Positions 53,094 through 62,914 of a DNA stretch of 64,000 bases are shown here, piece by piece. The stretch comes from Anaerolineales bacterium. Lineage in GTDB: Bacteria > Chloroflexota > Anaerolineae > Anaerolineales > Villigracilaceae. The stretch spans positions 2,418,714 to 2,482,713 of the forward strand of contig CP129480.1 of the NCBI GenBank assembly GCA_030583885.1. The letters are read 5' to 3'. The position numbers and the translations under genes were made by a program. Position 1 is the stretch's first letter. Each line of letters begins with the position of its first letter. The notes beneath the pieces were generated by a model, which was not told the origin of the DNA, searched no databases, and saw only the letters and a list, made by a program, of their open reading frames with translations.

Positions 53094-54338
53094 CAGTAGA
53101 TCACGAAAGCACAAAACATGATTGATGTTGAATGACCTCAGTCGCACCCCAGAAGCGTTCAATGGCACGACTGAGCAGGAAAGCGACACGGCGCAAAGAA
53201 AGCCAGAAGCGATTGAAAGATTCTAACGGTGTTTTAAGCGCGGAGGCCAGATTCTGGCGCAAGGCAATGTACAGATTGAACAAGACAAAAGCCAAACCAA
53301 CCAGCAGCAAGCGGATGACAGGATTACGGGTGGAAGTTCGAGCGCGCACCTGGTTCATTTGTCGGTAGCTCGACTCAATGCCGAAGCGTTGACGATAAAG
53401 TTCAAACACCTGGGCAGGCAAAATGCCAGAGGGCAATCCGGAGACGGCGTACGCAAACCACTTGCTCTTGTGTCGTCCATAGCGTCCTTTGGAATAGCGC
53501 TGGACGACCACCGCCTGCACTGTATATATGCCATATTTTGGGCTGTTAAAGGTGTAGGTGGTGACACGTGATTTACCTTGAAACAAAGTCCGCACACCGC
53601 CCGACTTGCCACGCACGGGAATGGGCGTTACGAAACTGACCTTGTGTTGGTCCAGAACCTTGAAAACCGGCTTGGAGCAGAAACCTTTGTCCAAAAACAC
53701 CCGTCGAATGCGAAATTTGAGTGTTTTCAGGCGTTTCAGCAGCCAGCGGACGATGTCGGCCATATCCTCGCCATGTTCGATGAAGCGCAACGCCACAACG
53801 TAGCGCCGATGGTCCCGCACAATCGAAACCGTGGCGTAACCATGAAAATGGGTTGTCCCAGACTTGGGTGCACTGCGTACGATCTCCTTTCTGTCTTCAT
53901 ACGGCTGACCATGATATGGGATCAGGGTCAGGTCAATCGCCACATTGAAATCGCGTTTGCACTTCCATACACTGGGATGGAGTTGCCGATGAAAGATGCG
54001 GTTCAATCGGTTCTGCAAACCGGCTCGGTCTGGCAGCGACTGGGCTAATACTTCTCGCAGACGATTACCCGAAGGCGCATTCTGCAACTCCAGACAAGCC
54101 GATTCAATGCTCAAACGATGCACATTGGCGTATGCCAACACATACAGGATATCTTCGGCAGTGATCCGGGTGTTTCGCAATTCCAGCGGCAGGTTCTTGC
54201 GAACCACCGTCATGAAAGCATTCAGCACTTGCTCGGAATGAATTGTTCGGGTAATCTTGATTGTGGGCTTGGACATGGTTATGGGTTTCCTTGGTCGGAG
54301 CCAAGTTAACCACGTTCAAGCCTTTTCGTGAACTACTG
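53094..54338 (-). mobile_element. ISH3-family insertion sequence
   Basis: IRs CAGTAGATCACGAAA / TTTCGTGAACTACTG; 5-bp direct repeat ATTCT at 53089-53093 and 54339-54343. Confidence 0.92.
53101..54276 (-). CDS. ISH3-family DDE transposase
   Basis: VAIDLTLIPYHG, KSGTTHFHGYAT, VFLDKGF, YRQRFGIESSYR. Confidence 0.88.
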   Translation of the reverse strand: MSKPTIKITRTIHSEQVLNAFMTVVRKNLPLELRNTRITAEDILYVLAYANVHRLSIESACLELQNAPSGNRLREVLAQSLPDRAGLQNRLNRIFHRQLHPSVWKCKRDFNVAIDLTLIPYHGQPYEDRKEIVRSAPKSGTTHFHGYATVSIVRDHRRYVVALRFIEHGEDMADIVRWLLKRLKTLKFRIRRVFLDKGFCSKPVFKVLDQHKVSFVTPIPVRGKSGGVRTLFQGKSRVTTYTFNSPKYGIYTVQAVVVQRYSKGRYGRHKSKWFAYAVSGLPSGILPAQVFELYRQRFGIESSYRQMNQVRARTSTRNPVIRLLLVGLAFVLFNLYIALRQNLASALKTPLESFNRFWLSLRRVAFLLSRAIERFWGATEVIQHQSCFVLS

Positions 54339-54444
54339 ATTCTTTCCATTTCCGCCCTGCCATCGGCATGCAATTTTCCCCACCCTCAACTCCCCAAGTA
54401 CACTGAACGCTTCCAGTTGCCTGCGATACAGTATAATTATATCC

Positions 54445-55374
54445 ATGCAAACTAACATTATCGGTGTACGCTTTACCAAAATAGGCAAGGTCTATCACTT
54501 CAATTCAAACGCCGTCCCGGATGTGGGGGTTGGCGAGCACGTCATCGTGGATACCTCACGCGGCAGGCACCTCGGAGAAGTAGTCCAGCTCGTGCGGGAA
54601 ACACCGGAAAGGCCCGAGGGCGGCTGGAAGTCTGTGGAGAGGCGCGCCACCCCGCGCGACCTGCTGCTTCAGCAATCCTGGCAGTCCAAACAGACCGAAG
54701 CCATGATCAACTGCCGCGCCCGCGCATCTGAACTCGGCTTGAAAGAGGTCAAAATCATCTCCGCGGAATACAACTACGACGGCTCGCGTCTCGCCTTTCT
54801 CTTCAGCACGGAAAGCGAAGAAAAAGTGGATTTGAAATCACTCAAGAAGGACATGCATGAGTTGTATTCGACCACGCATGTCGAAATGCGGCAGATCGGT
54901 CCGCGTGATGTGGCGAAGATACTCGGCGGCATGGGCGCATGCGGGATCGAAACCCGCTGTTGCTCCAAATTCCTGACCGATTTCTCCCCCATTTCGATCA
55001 AAATGGCAAAGGAACAGGGGATATCACTTACACCGAATGAAATCACCGGCATGTGTGGACGCCTGCGCTGTTGCCTCATTTACGAATATGAACAATACGT
55101 TGCCGCGCGCAAAACCCTGCCCAAACGAAACAAACGCGTGGTCACGCCCAAGGGCGAAGGCAAGGTGGTGGACATCATCCCCATGAGCGAAAAGGTTGTG
55201 GTGCTAATCGAAAGCGGCACAGACCGACCGCAGCAGATGACCTTTACGCGCGAAGAGATCGAGCCCCGGGATGAACTCGAGGCATTACGCCGCAAAGCTC
55301 AGGCTCCCTGTGACCGCCATGAGGGCGGCGGTTGCACCTGCGGAAAAGCGAAGAACGGCAGTCGGGAATCTTAA
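54445..55374 (+). CDS. ricT: PSP1-domain protein RicT/YaaT
   Basis: GVRF...GKVYHF, RQIGPRD.A...GG.G.CG...CC..FL, KLSG-like EITGMCGRLRCCL.YE. Confidence 0.85.
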   Translation: MQTNIIGVRFTKIGKVYHFNSNAVPDVGVGEHVIVDTSRGRHLGEVVQLVRETPERPEGGWKSVERRATPRDLLLQQSWQSKQTEAMINCRARASELGLKEVKIISAEYNYDGSRLAFLFSTESEEKVDLKSLKKDMHELYSTTHVEMRQIGPRDVAKILGGMGACGIETRCCSKFLTDFSPISIKMAKEQGISLTPNEITGMCGRLRCCLIYEYEQYVAARKTLPKRNKRVVTPKGEGKVVDIIPMSEKVVVLIESGTDRPQQMTFTREEIEPRDELEALRRKAQAPCDRHEGGGCTCGKAKNGSRES

Positions 55375-55409
55375 TTCGGTAACCGGCCCCGACTCTCAAA
55401 TAACGCCTC

Positions 55410-56132
55410 ATGGAAAAAGCCGACAACTGGTCTTCTCCCCAAAACATCCTTGTCATCCTCGCACATCCCGATGATCCCGAATTCTTCTGCGGCGGCAGCC
55501 TCGCTCATTGGGCGCGTGCGGGTCATGCAATGACCTACCTCCTGCTCACCTGCGGAGATAAAGGCTTCAATCTCATCACCCGCCCGGAAATGACACCTGA
55601 AAACCTGTGCGGGATCCGTCATGAGGAACAACAAAACGCAGCGAAGGTCATCGGCGCACAGGCAGTTAACTTCATGGACCTGCCGGATGGCTACCTGGCC
55701 CCAAGCCTGGACCTCCGCCGAGATGTTGTCCGCGAGATACGTAAACACAAGCCTGATATTCTCGTCACTTGCGACCCGCAGAATTTATTTGCCATGTATG
55801 GCATCAACCATCCCGACCACCGCGCTTGCGGACAGGTTGTTCTCGATGCCGTCTTTCCCGCCGCCGGCAACCCGGCCTACTTCCCTGAATTGCTTGCGGG
55901 CGGCTTCCAGCCGCACATGCCAAAGGAGGTATGGTGCGCCCTGACAAACCAGCCAAACACAACGGTTGACGTCACCGAGACATTGGACATAAAAATCCAG
56001 GCAATTCTCGAACACAAATCTCAAATGCAGGATGTGAATAAACTCATTGAGCGTATAAAATCCCGCCGCACCGAAGACAGCACGGATGAAAACCCGCGCT
56101 ACGAAGAACAATTTCGCGTTGTTAAATATTAA
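55410..56132 (+). CDS. PIG-L family deacetylase
   Basis: AHPDDPEF, TCGDKG, IRHEEQ, INHPDH, HKSQ. Confidence 0.9.
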   Translation: MEKADNWSSPQNILVILAHPDDPEFFCGGSLAHWARAGHAMTYLLLTCGDKGFNLITRPEMTPENLCGIRHEEQQNAAKVIGAQAVNFMDLPDGYLAPSLDLRRDVVREIRKHKPDILVTCDPQNLFAMYGINHPDHRACGQVVLDAVFPAAGNPAYFPELLAGGFQPHMPKEVWCALTNQPNTTVDVTETLDIKIQAILEHKSQMQDVNKLIERIKSRRTEDSTDENPRYEEQFRVVKY

Positions 56133-56133
56133 T

Positions 56134-56200
56134 GTCACTCCGAGCCTGGCGAGGGATCTCTTACACAATAACATAGCTACTCCGCCAGGCTCGGAGTGAC
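56134..56200. repeat. REP-like palindrome of the GTCA...TGAC family
   Basis: Perfect 18-bp inverted repeat GTCACTCCGAGCCTGGCG / CGCCAGGCTCGGAGTGAC. Confidence 0.8.
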
Positions 56201-56214
56201 ACATAGGAGCCCGC

Positions 56215-57405
56215 ATGCCCAACTTCCTCAAGCAAGCCCAGGATCTCTTCCCCTACACCCAGGCTCTCCGCCGTGATTTCCACAAGCATCCCGAACTTGG
56301 TTTCAATGAAATCCGTACCGGCGGCATCGTTGCCAGGGAACTCGAATCGCTCGGGCTTGAAGTCACCAAAGGGGTCGGCAAGACAGGCGTGGTCGGCTAT
56401 CTTGAAGGTGCAAAGCCAGGCCCCACCATCCTCCTGCGGTTCGACATGGACGCCCTGCCCATCACCGAAGACACCGGCGCGGAGTACGCATCCGCCAACC
56501 CTGGCGTCATGCACGCCTGCGGACATGACGGCCACACCGCCATCGGATTAACTGTCGCAAAGATCTTGACTGAATATAAAGACAATCTGGCCGGCAATAT
56601 CAAGTTCTGCTTCCAGCCATCCGAGGAAGGCACAAACGGCGAAGAGGTCGGCGGCGCGTTGATGATGATGCGCGACGGCGTGCTGGAAAACCCAAAAGTC
56701 GAAAAGACGCTCTCGCTGCATTTATGGAACGACAAACCCATCGGCTGGATTCACGTTGCAGAGGGCCCCGTCTTCGCGGGGGCGGAACTGTTCATCGTCA
56801 AGCTGACAGGCAAAGGCGGGCATGGCGCCGCTCCCGAAACCACCATTGACCCGGTCGTGTGCGCTGCACAGATCGTTACCGCCTTGCAGACCATCGTCTC
56901 GCGCAACATCGATGCACTCAAACCCGCCGTCATCAGCGTCACGTCCATTCATGCAGGTACAGCATTCAATATCATTCCCCAGACTGCCGAGTTAAACGGC
57001 ACGATCCGTACCTTCGATCCCGAGGTTCGTAAAACCGTACTGGAGCGTTTCGAGCAGATCACCCGCAACATTGCGCTCGCCATGAACTGCGAAGTCAAGA
57101 TCACCATCAAACAGGTCACCGCGCCTGTCATCAATGAAGGCAGGGTCTCGGCAAGCGTGTACGAAACCGCCAAAGGCATCTTCCCCGAAGAGGACATCCA
57201 GACCAATACCTACCTCACCATGGGTGCGGAGGACATGGGCTACATGCAGGAGAAAGCTAACGGATGCTATTTCATGATCGGCTCCTCCAACGCCGGGAAG
57301 AATTTGAACTACAATCACCATCATCCGAAATTTGACTTTGACGAAGGCGCGCTTGTCAACGGCGTGGCATTGATGGCTTCCGCCGCAGCTGATTTAATGA
57401 AGTAA
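56215..57405 (+). CDS. M20D family amidohydrolase
   Basis: RRDFHKHPELGF, LRFDMDALP, MHACGHDGH, FQPSEEG, GKGGHGA, AEDM, HHHPKF. Confidence 0.92.
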   Translation: MPNFLKQAQDLFPYTQALRRDFHKHPELGFNEIRTGGIVARELESLGLEVTKGVGKTGVVGYLEGAKPGPTILLRFDMDALPITEDTGAEYASANPGVMHACGHDGHTAIGLTVAKILTEYKDNLAGNIKFCFQPSEEGTNGEEVGGALMMMRDGVLENPKVEKTLSLHLWNDKPIGWIHVAEGPVFAGAELFIVKLTGKGGHGAAPETTIDPVVCAAQIVTALQTIVSRNIDALKPAVISVTSIHAGTAFNIIPQTAELNGTIRTFDPEVRKTVLERFEQITRNIALAMNCEVKITIKQVTAPVINEGRVSASVYETAKGIFPEEDIQTNTYLTMGAEDMGYMQEKANGCYFMIGSSNAGKNLNYNHHHPKFDFDEGALVNGVALMASAAADLMK

Positions 57406-57519
57406 GGCGCATCCCACCTGGCAGCGAGCCTGCGCACGCTCCCAAGCGGCATTTCACACGCCGGTGCTTCTATAAAAGAAGCCTTCGCCACTGAAGAAGT
57501 TTTGTAGTAAAGTTATCCT

Positions 57520-58098
57520 ATGAAACACAGACGCAACTGGATCATCGGCATCGTTCTGTCAGCCACGGCAGGGATGTTCGCATTGCAAAATATCGCCGCA
57601 CCCGTTAACGATGGAGCCATCCCCGACTTAAGTGTCTCGAAAACCGAATCAGTGACCGAAGGTGCCGAAACGTATGATGGTTGTTATTTCGTGTGGGCAT
57701 ACCGCGACGATATCGAATTGACAACACGGCTGGACGCGGCAGTCAAAGCCATTAATCCTGCTGCCACTGCGAATGCGACCCTGTTTGGAGAAGATTGTGT
57801 TTACGCGGACGGCCAATCCACATTTGGGGCAATGCAAACCGACTTCCACGTCCGCCTGCCCGTGGACGATTTGACAAATGAACCAGAAATGGGAAAATGG
57901 ATCGCAGGCGTGATGGAGATCATCCTCCAAATCCCCCGCGAGCAGATGCAGGGTCCGAATTACGGCTTTGTGGAGTTCAGGTTCGAGAAAAATAAAGGCG
58001 AGCATATCGCCTTTCGTGTACCGATCCAGAGGTATCAAAACGAAGCGCAGGGGACAACAGGCGCTGAATTGTTCCGACTGTTTTACAACCAGCCATAA
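57520..58098 (+). CDS. Hypothetical exported protein
   Basis: N-terminal signal/TM segment, plausible codon usage. Confidence 0.65.
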   Translation: MKHRRNWIIGIVLSATAGMFALQNIAAPVNDGAIPDLSVSKTESVTEGAETYDGCYFVWAYRDDIELTTRLDAAVKAINPAATANATLFGEDCVYADGQSTFGAMQTDFHVRLPVDDLTNEPEMGKWIAGVMEIILQIPREQMQGPNYGFVEFRFEKNKGEHIAFRVPIQRYQNEAQGTTGAELFRLFYNQP

Positions 58099-58133
58099 AG
58101 GAGAGCAGCCGCCCCGGGGGGCTTTTTTTATCC

Positions 58134-58181
58134 TTGACAAACGGAATCACTTATCATATACTGTGTTTAGTAACTACTAAA
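58134..58181 (+). promoter_or_regulatory. Sigma70-type promoter with downstream palindromic operator
   Basis: TTGACA (58134-58139), 17-bp spacer, TATACT (58157-58162); TTTAGTA-AC-TACTAAA palindrome at 58166-58181. Confidence 0.8.
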
Positions 58182-58198
58182 TGTAGTAAAGGAACATT

Positions 58199-58729
58199 AT
58201 GACTGTCAAACTTCCTCGACTCAAACAGGACTTCACCGAGGGCTTAAGTCAGATCAGCCGTTTTTGGGGCTTCCCCAAGGGCATGGGCGCGATCTTCGCC
58301 GTGCTGTATCTCTCCCCCGCCCCGCTCTCGCTGGATGAGATCGTCGAACAAACAGGTTTGACCAAGGGGGGCATCAGTACCGAAGTGCGAACGCTGGCTC
58401 GCATGGGGCTTGTCCACCGTTCGTCCAAACTCGGCGACCGCAAGGATTATTATGAAGCAGAGAGCGATTTTTACGCGTCCATCCGCTCGATATTACGGGA
58501 ACGACAGAACAGTGAGTTCGAGCGGGCAGTTTTGTCGGTGAGGGAAACGCTCGAGAAACTGGAATCAGGCTCCGTGTCAGGGGATGAGGCGGAGATCGAA
58601 TTCGTCCGCAGACGGGTGCAAGCGTTACAGGATTTCTTTGACGCGATAGACAGTCTCGCGAAGGCGGTCATCAAACTGGAAACCCTCGGCTTTACGAATG
58701 TCAAATCCATCCTATCTGTTTTGAAATGA
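58199..58729 (+). CDS. GbsR/MarR family transcriptional regulator
   Basis: FWGFPKGMGAIFAVLY...LSLDEIVEQTGLTKGGIST..RTL...GDRKDYY. Confidence 0.88.
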   Translation: MTVKLPRLKQDFTEGLSQISRFWGFPKGMGAIFAVLYLSPAPLSLDEIVEQTGLTKGGISTEVRTLARMGLVHRSSKLGDRKDYYEAESDFYASIRSILRERQNSEFERAVLSVRETLEKLESGSVSGDEAEIEFVRRRVQALQDFFDAIDSLAKAVIKLETLGFTNVKSILSVLK

Positions 58730-58737
58730 GGTAAAAC

Positions 58738-59085
58738 ATGAATACCATTCTTTTCTTCCTGCTCGAAGTGACACTCACGCTCGTAATCTGCCTGCTGGTC
58801 TTTCGTTACCTGCGCCCATATCTCAACCGCATCCTGGTTGATTTATGCGGCACGGAGGAGCGCGCGCAATTTTGGACTGTATTCTCGAGCATCGTCCTGG
58901 TAGGTTTGCCGCTTTTGATCGCACTTACCTACCAGCCCGAAGCAGTCCATGCGGAGGGATTGTTCTTTGAGATCATCCGCCGCATCAGCGGAAACCTGAT
59001 GGGTTTTTTGGTTGCGTTGGTTGGTACTGGTATTATCGTGTCCTTCTTTGCATTGGTCGCCCCGCGCAAAAAGGAAACGCAATGA
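58738..59085 (+). CDS. Hypothetical membrane protein
   Basis: Three hydrophobic segments; LVDLCGTEERAQFW; in operon. Confidence 0.75.
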   Translation: MNTILFFLLEVTLTLVICLLVFRYLRPYLNRILVDLCGTEERAQFWTVFSSIVLVGLPLLIALTYQPEAVHAEGLFFEIIRRISGNLMGFLVALVGTGIIVSFFALVAPRKKETQ

Positions 59086-59987
59086 AGATCGCAGTTACCG
59101 GCGCATTCAGTTATTCAGGCAAGTACATCGCGCGGCGTCTGCTTGCGCGCGGCGAGGAAGTCATCACGCTGACGGGGCATCCGAACCGCCCCGACCCGTT
59201 CGATGGACAAGTGAAGGTTTATCCATTGGATTTCGACGAAGCGGGCATGAGCGAGTCGCTGCGCGGGGTGGAGGTGCTGGTCAACACGTATTGGGTGCGC
59301 TTTGACAAAGGCAAAAACACCCAGCCGCGTGCAGTGGAAAATACGCAGAAATTGGTGAACGCCGCTGTGAAGGCGGGCGTGAAACGGATTGTGCATATCA
59401 GCATCGCAAACCCGTTCGCGGAGTCACATTTGCCGTATTATTGGGGCAAGGCGGCGAACGAGAAAGCCGTGATCGAATCAGGATTGTCGTACGCGATCCT
59501 GCGCCCCACGGTGCTGGTCGGTGGCGGAGAGGACGTGCTTATTAACAACATCGCGTTTTTATTGAGGCGCTTCCCGTTCTTCTTCATCCCCGGCGATGGC
59601 TCGTACGGAATTCAGCCTGTGCATGTCGACGACCTGGCGGACCTTGCGGTGGAGGCTGTGCACAGCAAGGAAAATTATGTGATCGACGCCGTTGGTCCCG
59701 ATGCATACACCTTCAAGGAACTGGTGCAATTGATCGGTGAAACCATAGGTGCGAAGCGGCTGTTGATCTCCGTCCCGCCGCGGCTGGCGTTGCGCGCTGC
59801 GCAGTTTTTGAGTCTCTTCCTGAAGGATGTGCTTCTGACCCCCGATGAAGTGGACGGCTTGATGGCAAATCTGCTTGTTTCCAAAGGGTCCGCCCGAACC
59901 AAGACCGCCTTCAAGGCCTGGCTGAAAGAAAACCGGGATACCGTTGGCATACACTATGCTTCTGAATTGAAAAGGCATTACTCATGA
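59082..59987 (+). CDS. NAD(P)H-binding atypical SDR (NDUFA9/YbjT-like epimerase family)
   Basis: VTGAFSYSG, Y...K, ILRPT, QPVHVDDLA. Confidence 0.85.
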   Translation: MKIAVTGAFSYSGKYIARRLLARGEEVITLTGHPNRPDPFDGQVKVYPLDFDEAGMSESLRGVEVLVNTYWVRFDKGKNTQPRAVENTQKLVNAAVKAGVKRIVHISIANPFAESHLPYYWGKAANEKAVIESGLSYAILRPTVLVGGGEDVLINNIAFLLRRFPFFFIPGDGSYGIQPVHVDDLADLAVEAVHSKENYVIDAVGPDAYTFKELVQLIGETIGAKRLLISVPPRLALRAAQFLSLFLKDVLLTPDEVDGLMANLLVSKGSARTKTAFKAWLKENRDTVGIHYASELKRHYS

Positions 59988-60463
59988 AACCACAGACCTA
60001 TTTTCGGCTTGCTCTGTTTACCCCCTACATTCTTTGGGGAGTCGGCCTCCTGGCGGCACTCCCTCCATCCTTGATCGAGACAACGGAATCATGGAACATC
60101 GTGCTGGCACCCGTCATGTTCTACGTAATCGGGATTATTCTCTGGTTCGTCCCGTACACGATTTTGGCAATTGGATTGTGGATTTGGAGCAAAAATAGAA
60201 CGATAACCTCACTCCGCAATGCCGCACTGGTCTCACCCCTTTTGTTCCTTGCCCTCATACTCATCGAGACGGTGCTGATATCCCTGCCAGCGGATAGCGT
60301 CGGCGAATTCATGCAGGAACTGCTCGGGCAAACTTTAATGCTGGGAGTACTCAGCCTGGTCTTTGGTTATTTGTGCGTGGGAATTGCACTTGGAATATTC
60401 AAATTCCTGCAGGCAAAAAATCATATCTCGCAGGAAACTTCATTGCCGCTTTCAGCGGATTAA
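59984..60463 (+). CDS. Hypothetical membrane protein
   Basis: Four hydrophobic segments; ATGA overlap with the upstream gene. Confidence 0.7.
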   Translation: MKPQTYFRLALFTPYILWGVGLLAALPPSLIETTESWNIVLAPVMFYVIGIILWFVPYTILAIGLWIWSKNRTITSLRNAALVSPLLFLALILIETVLISLPADSVGEFMQELLGQTLMLGVLSLVFGYLCVGIALGIFKFLQAKNHISQETSLPLSAD

Positions 60464-61053
60464 TCGATCCCAACCACACCCGCACAGCGCGGGCTGTCCA
60501 TACAGCCGTAATATTTCTTTCCTGAATTTGATCCATTGCGATGGATGCGCAATACCATCATCTTCCCGCAGACCGGACAATTCGGCACGGTGTCTGTCGG
60601 ATGGTCAACACGCAGGGACGCTGTCCCACCGATCTTGGTCAAAGCCAGTTGGAACAAGGCGATGATGTCCGCCACGTCATATTTCTCCCTGGATGGGACG
60701 TGAACAAGGGGGATGCCCGCGTCCATGAACAACTCATCCATGAACCTGTCCGCTTCACGGGTTCCGCCTTTTTGATTGAGTCGGGTCATTTCCACACCGA
60801 AGGAGGGGGCAAACGATTTTGGGTCACACAATAAAAAATCCACGTGTTTGCGAAATATCTTATTGAAATAATGCACGTTTTCGTTTGGCCTCAGGATGTA
60901 AAACATATCGTTCAGAGCCACCTTCGGACAGATCACATACCGAGTCCCCATGATTTCAGTCAACACGCGAAAAAGAGCCAGTTCCGTTGTTGCGAGAAAC
61001 GGCTCCCGTAAGCGATAGGGAAACCGTGATTTATCCGCCTGTGTTTGCTTCAT
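60460..61053 (-). CDS. DUF2726 domain protein with C-terminal topoisomerase-type C4 zinc finger
   Basis: KHVDFLLCD, D.FMDELF..AGIPLVH; CPVCGKMMVLR...YYGCMDSPRC. Confidence 0.8.
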   Translation of the reverse strand: MKQTQADKSRFPYRLREPFLATTELALFRVLTEIMGTRYVICPKVALNDMFYILRPNENVHYFNKIFRKHVDFLLCDPKSFAPSFGVEMTRLNQKGGTREADRFMDELFMDAGIPLVHVPSREKYDVADIIALFQLALTKIGGTASLRVDHPTDTVPNCPVCGKMMVLRIHRNGSNSGKKYYGCMDSPRCAGVVGID

Positions 61054-61178
61054 GGAAACCATTATAAATAAGATGCAGACATGGCACAAGATAAAAAGCA
61101 GATCGATTTCCACGCCCTTTTCCAGGTCCTGAGCTGGGTGCAGGGGAACGGGAGAATTCCAGGCGATGACAAAACCAC

Positions 61179-62432
61179 TCACAGCATGGTATCCAATAGT
61201 TTATTTTCCTGCTCTGTGTTCTGCACATCCCCATCCAGCCATGCAGCACGGAGTTGCGAGAGTATCTCCCCAAACCGCGGTCCGGGCTGAAGCCCGCGCG
61301 CGTTCAAATCGTCACCGCTGGTATGTGGTTTAACATACCGCCATATGGAAAGATAATCCAAAAGCGCATTTTCGCGGGATATGAGATAGACCGCATAGAT
61401 CGAGAGCAGGGGTAGTTTCTCGAGCGCGAAGGTCCACACGCTTGGTTTGGAGTTCGAGAGAAACGGCAGGCTCCATTTCAATTGTGCGGCAGCCCAAACC
61501 GAATGCGTCAGATCGGAGGTGAAATCCAAGCGCCTGGCGATGGACAGGATATCAGTTTCCGATTCGTCCAGGAGCCAAAGCATGTACCCCATGGCGATAC
61601 GGCTCACGGGAAGATCCAACCCTGGATCCATATCGAGAAAGTCGGAATAAATAGGATTGAAGGGCGGCAGGGCAGGATGTACTGCTTTCAAGATGCCCAG
61701 ATTGGCTGTACGATAAATAATTTGAGCGGTATTTTCCTCTTCCAGGAACAGATCCAGTTCGTGACGGATACGCTCGCCGCTGAGTTGGGAGAGGATCAAA
61801 AGCGAGTCGGGGTTGACCAGGCTCGAGGTTGAAGTGTCGAGATTGAAGGAATACCTCCCCTCGTAGCGAACAGCGCGGAACATACGCGTCGGGTCGTCCG
61901 TGAAGGAGCGCGGGTGGAGAGCGCGGACAATCCCCTTCTCGAGGTCGGACTGCCCGTTGAGAGGGTCGAGCAGATCGCCAAGGTGATTGCCGTCCAGGCG
62001 GATCGCCATCGCGTTGATGGTAAAGTCCCGGCGGCGCAGGTCATCTTCGATGGTGGCGGGGGTTACGGTCGGAAGCGCGCCAGGTTTTTCATAGGCCTCC
62101 TTGCGGGCGGTGATAAGGTCCAAAGTGCCAGGTGTCAGGTTCCAGGTTTCAGGTAAATGCCAGATGGCGGTGTGGAATTTGTCGTGCGGGGTGAGTTTGC
62201 CGCCGTATTTTTTAATGAGTGCTTTGCCGAGCCGAATCGCATCACCTTCGACTATGATGTCCAGATCTTTGACGGGACGGAGAAGTAACAAGTCACGGAC
62301 AAAGCCGCCGACAACGCAGCAGGGAAAATCCAACGCTGCGGCTTGGGAGGCGATGTCCAAGAGAAGGTCCTGCTTTTCGGGCGGAATCAGATTCGGGTCA
62401 CGCAGGAGGCGGAGCAGGTCATCCTTTTGCAT
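61179..62432 (-). CDS. cca: CCA-adding tRNA nucleotidyltransferase/poly(A) polymerase family
   Basis: VGGFVRDLLL, DLDI, DLITAR.E.Y, EDDLRRRDFTINAMA, DDPTRMFRAVRY. Confidence 0.9.
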   Translation of the reverse strand: MQKDDLLRLLRDPNLIPPEKQDLLLDIASQAAALDFPCCVVGGFVRDLLLLRPVKDLDIIVEGDAIRLGKALIKKYGGKLTPHDKFHTAIWHLPETWNLTPGTLDLITARKEAYEKPGALPTVTPATIEDDLRRRDFTINAMAIRLDGNHLGDLLDPLNGQSDLEKGIVRALHPRSFTDDPTRMFRAVRYEGRYSFNLDTSTSSLVNPDSLLILSQLSGERIRHELDLFLEEENTAQIIYRTANLGILKAVHPALPPFNPIYSDFLDMDPGLDLPVSRIAMGYMLWLLDESETDILSIARRLDFTSDLTHSVWAAAQLKWSLPFLSNSKPSVWTFALEKLPLLSIYAVYLISRENALLDYLSIWRYVKPHTSGDDLNARGLQPGPRFGEILSQLRAAWLDGDVQNTEQENKLLDTML

Positions 62433-62591
62433 AAAATCAATTTTACCCTTATAATGTTGCGCATGTTAATGAACCCAAACCCGTCCCCTAGAATGTGTAA
62501 TTCCTCCAGGTCTGGCTAGGTTCGCTTTCGTGCGCCCAAACGGCTCCCAGACTTGGCGAGCCGTTTTTATTTAGTGGACATTGGACCATTG

Positions 62592-62914
62592 ATGATGAGT
62601 GATAAAAACCTGACGATCAAAGAATTAACCGAACGAATGCATACGCTGGTGAAGTCGAAGGGCTGGTACGAAACGGAGAGCAAGCGCCCGCAGACACCGC
62701 GCAACCTGGCGGTATCGCTCTCCATTGAGGCAGCGGAAATTTTGGAACACTTCCAATTTACCGATGAGATAAAAGACCGCAACGAACTCGGCGGCGAACT
62801 TGCGGACGTGATGTTGTATCTGCTGCAATTGGCTTCGACCTCAGGTATTGATCTGGAGGAAGCAGTTTTGAAGAAGATCGAAGTAAACAAGACGAGAATA
62901 TGGGATGTAGAACG

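Larger units (their letters stand above)
53050..54455 (+). pseudogene. Small lipoprotein-like ORF interrupted by the ISH3 element
   Basis: Removing the IS and one ATTCT copy restores MNTLMGIVIKVSFILSISALPSACNFPHPQ...HAN* (51 aa); GGAGG RBS; lipobox-like PSAC. Confidence 0.5.

Noticed and set aside
57406-57480. Possible small RNA or repeat after the amidohydrolase
   Set aside because: No stable hairpin or second copy in the window that I can demonstrate.
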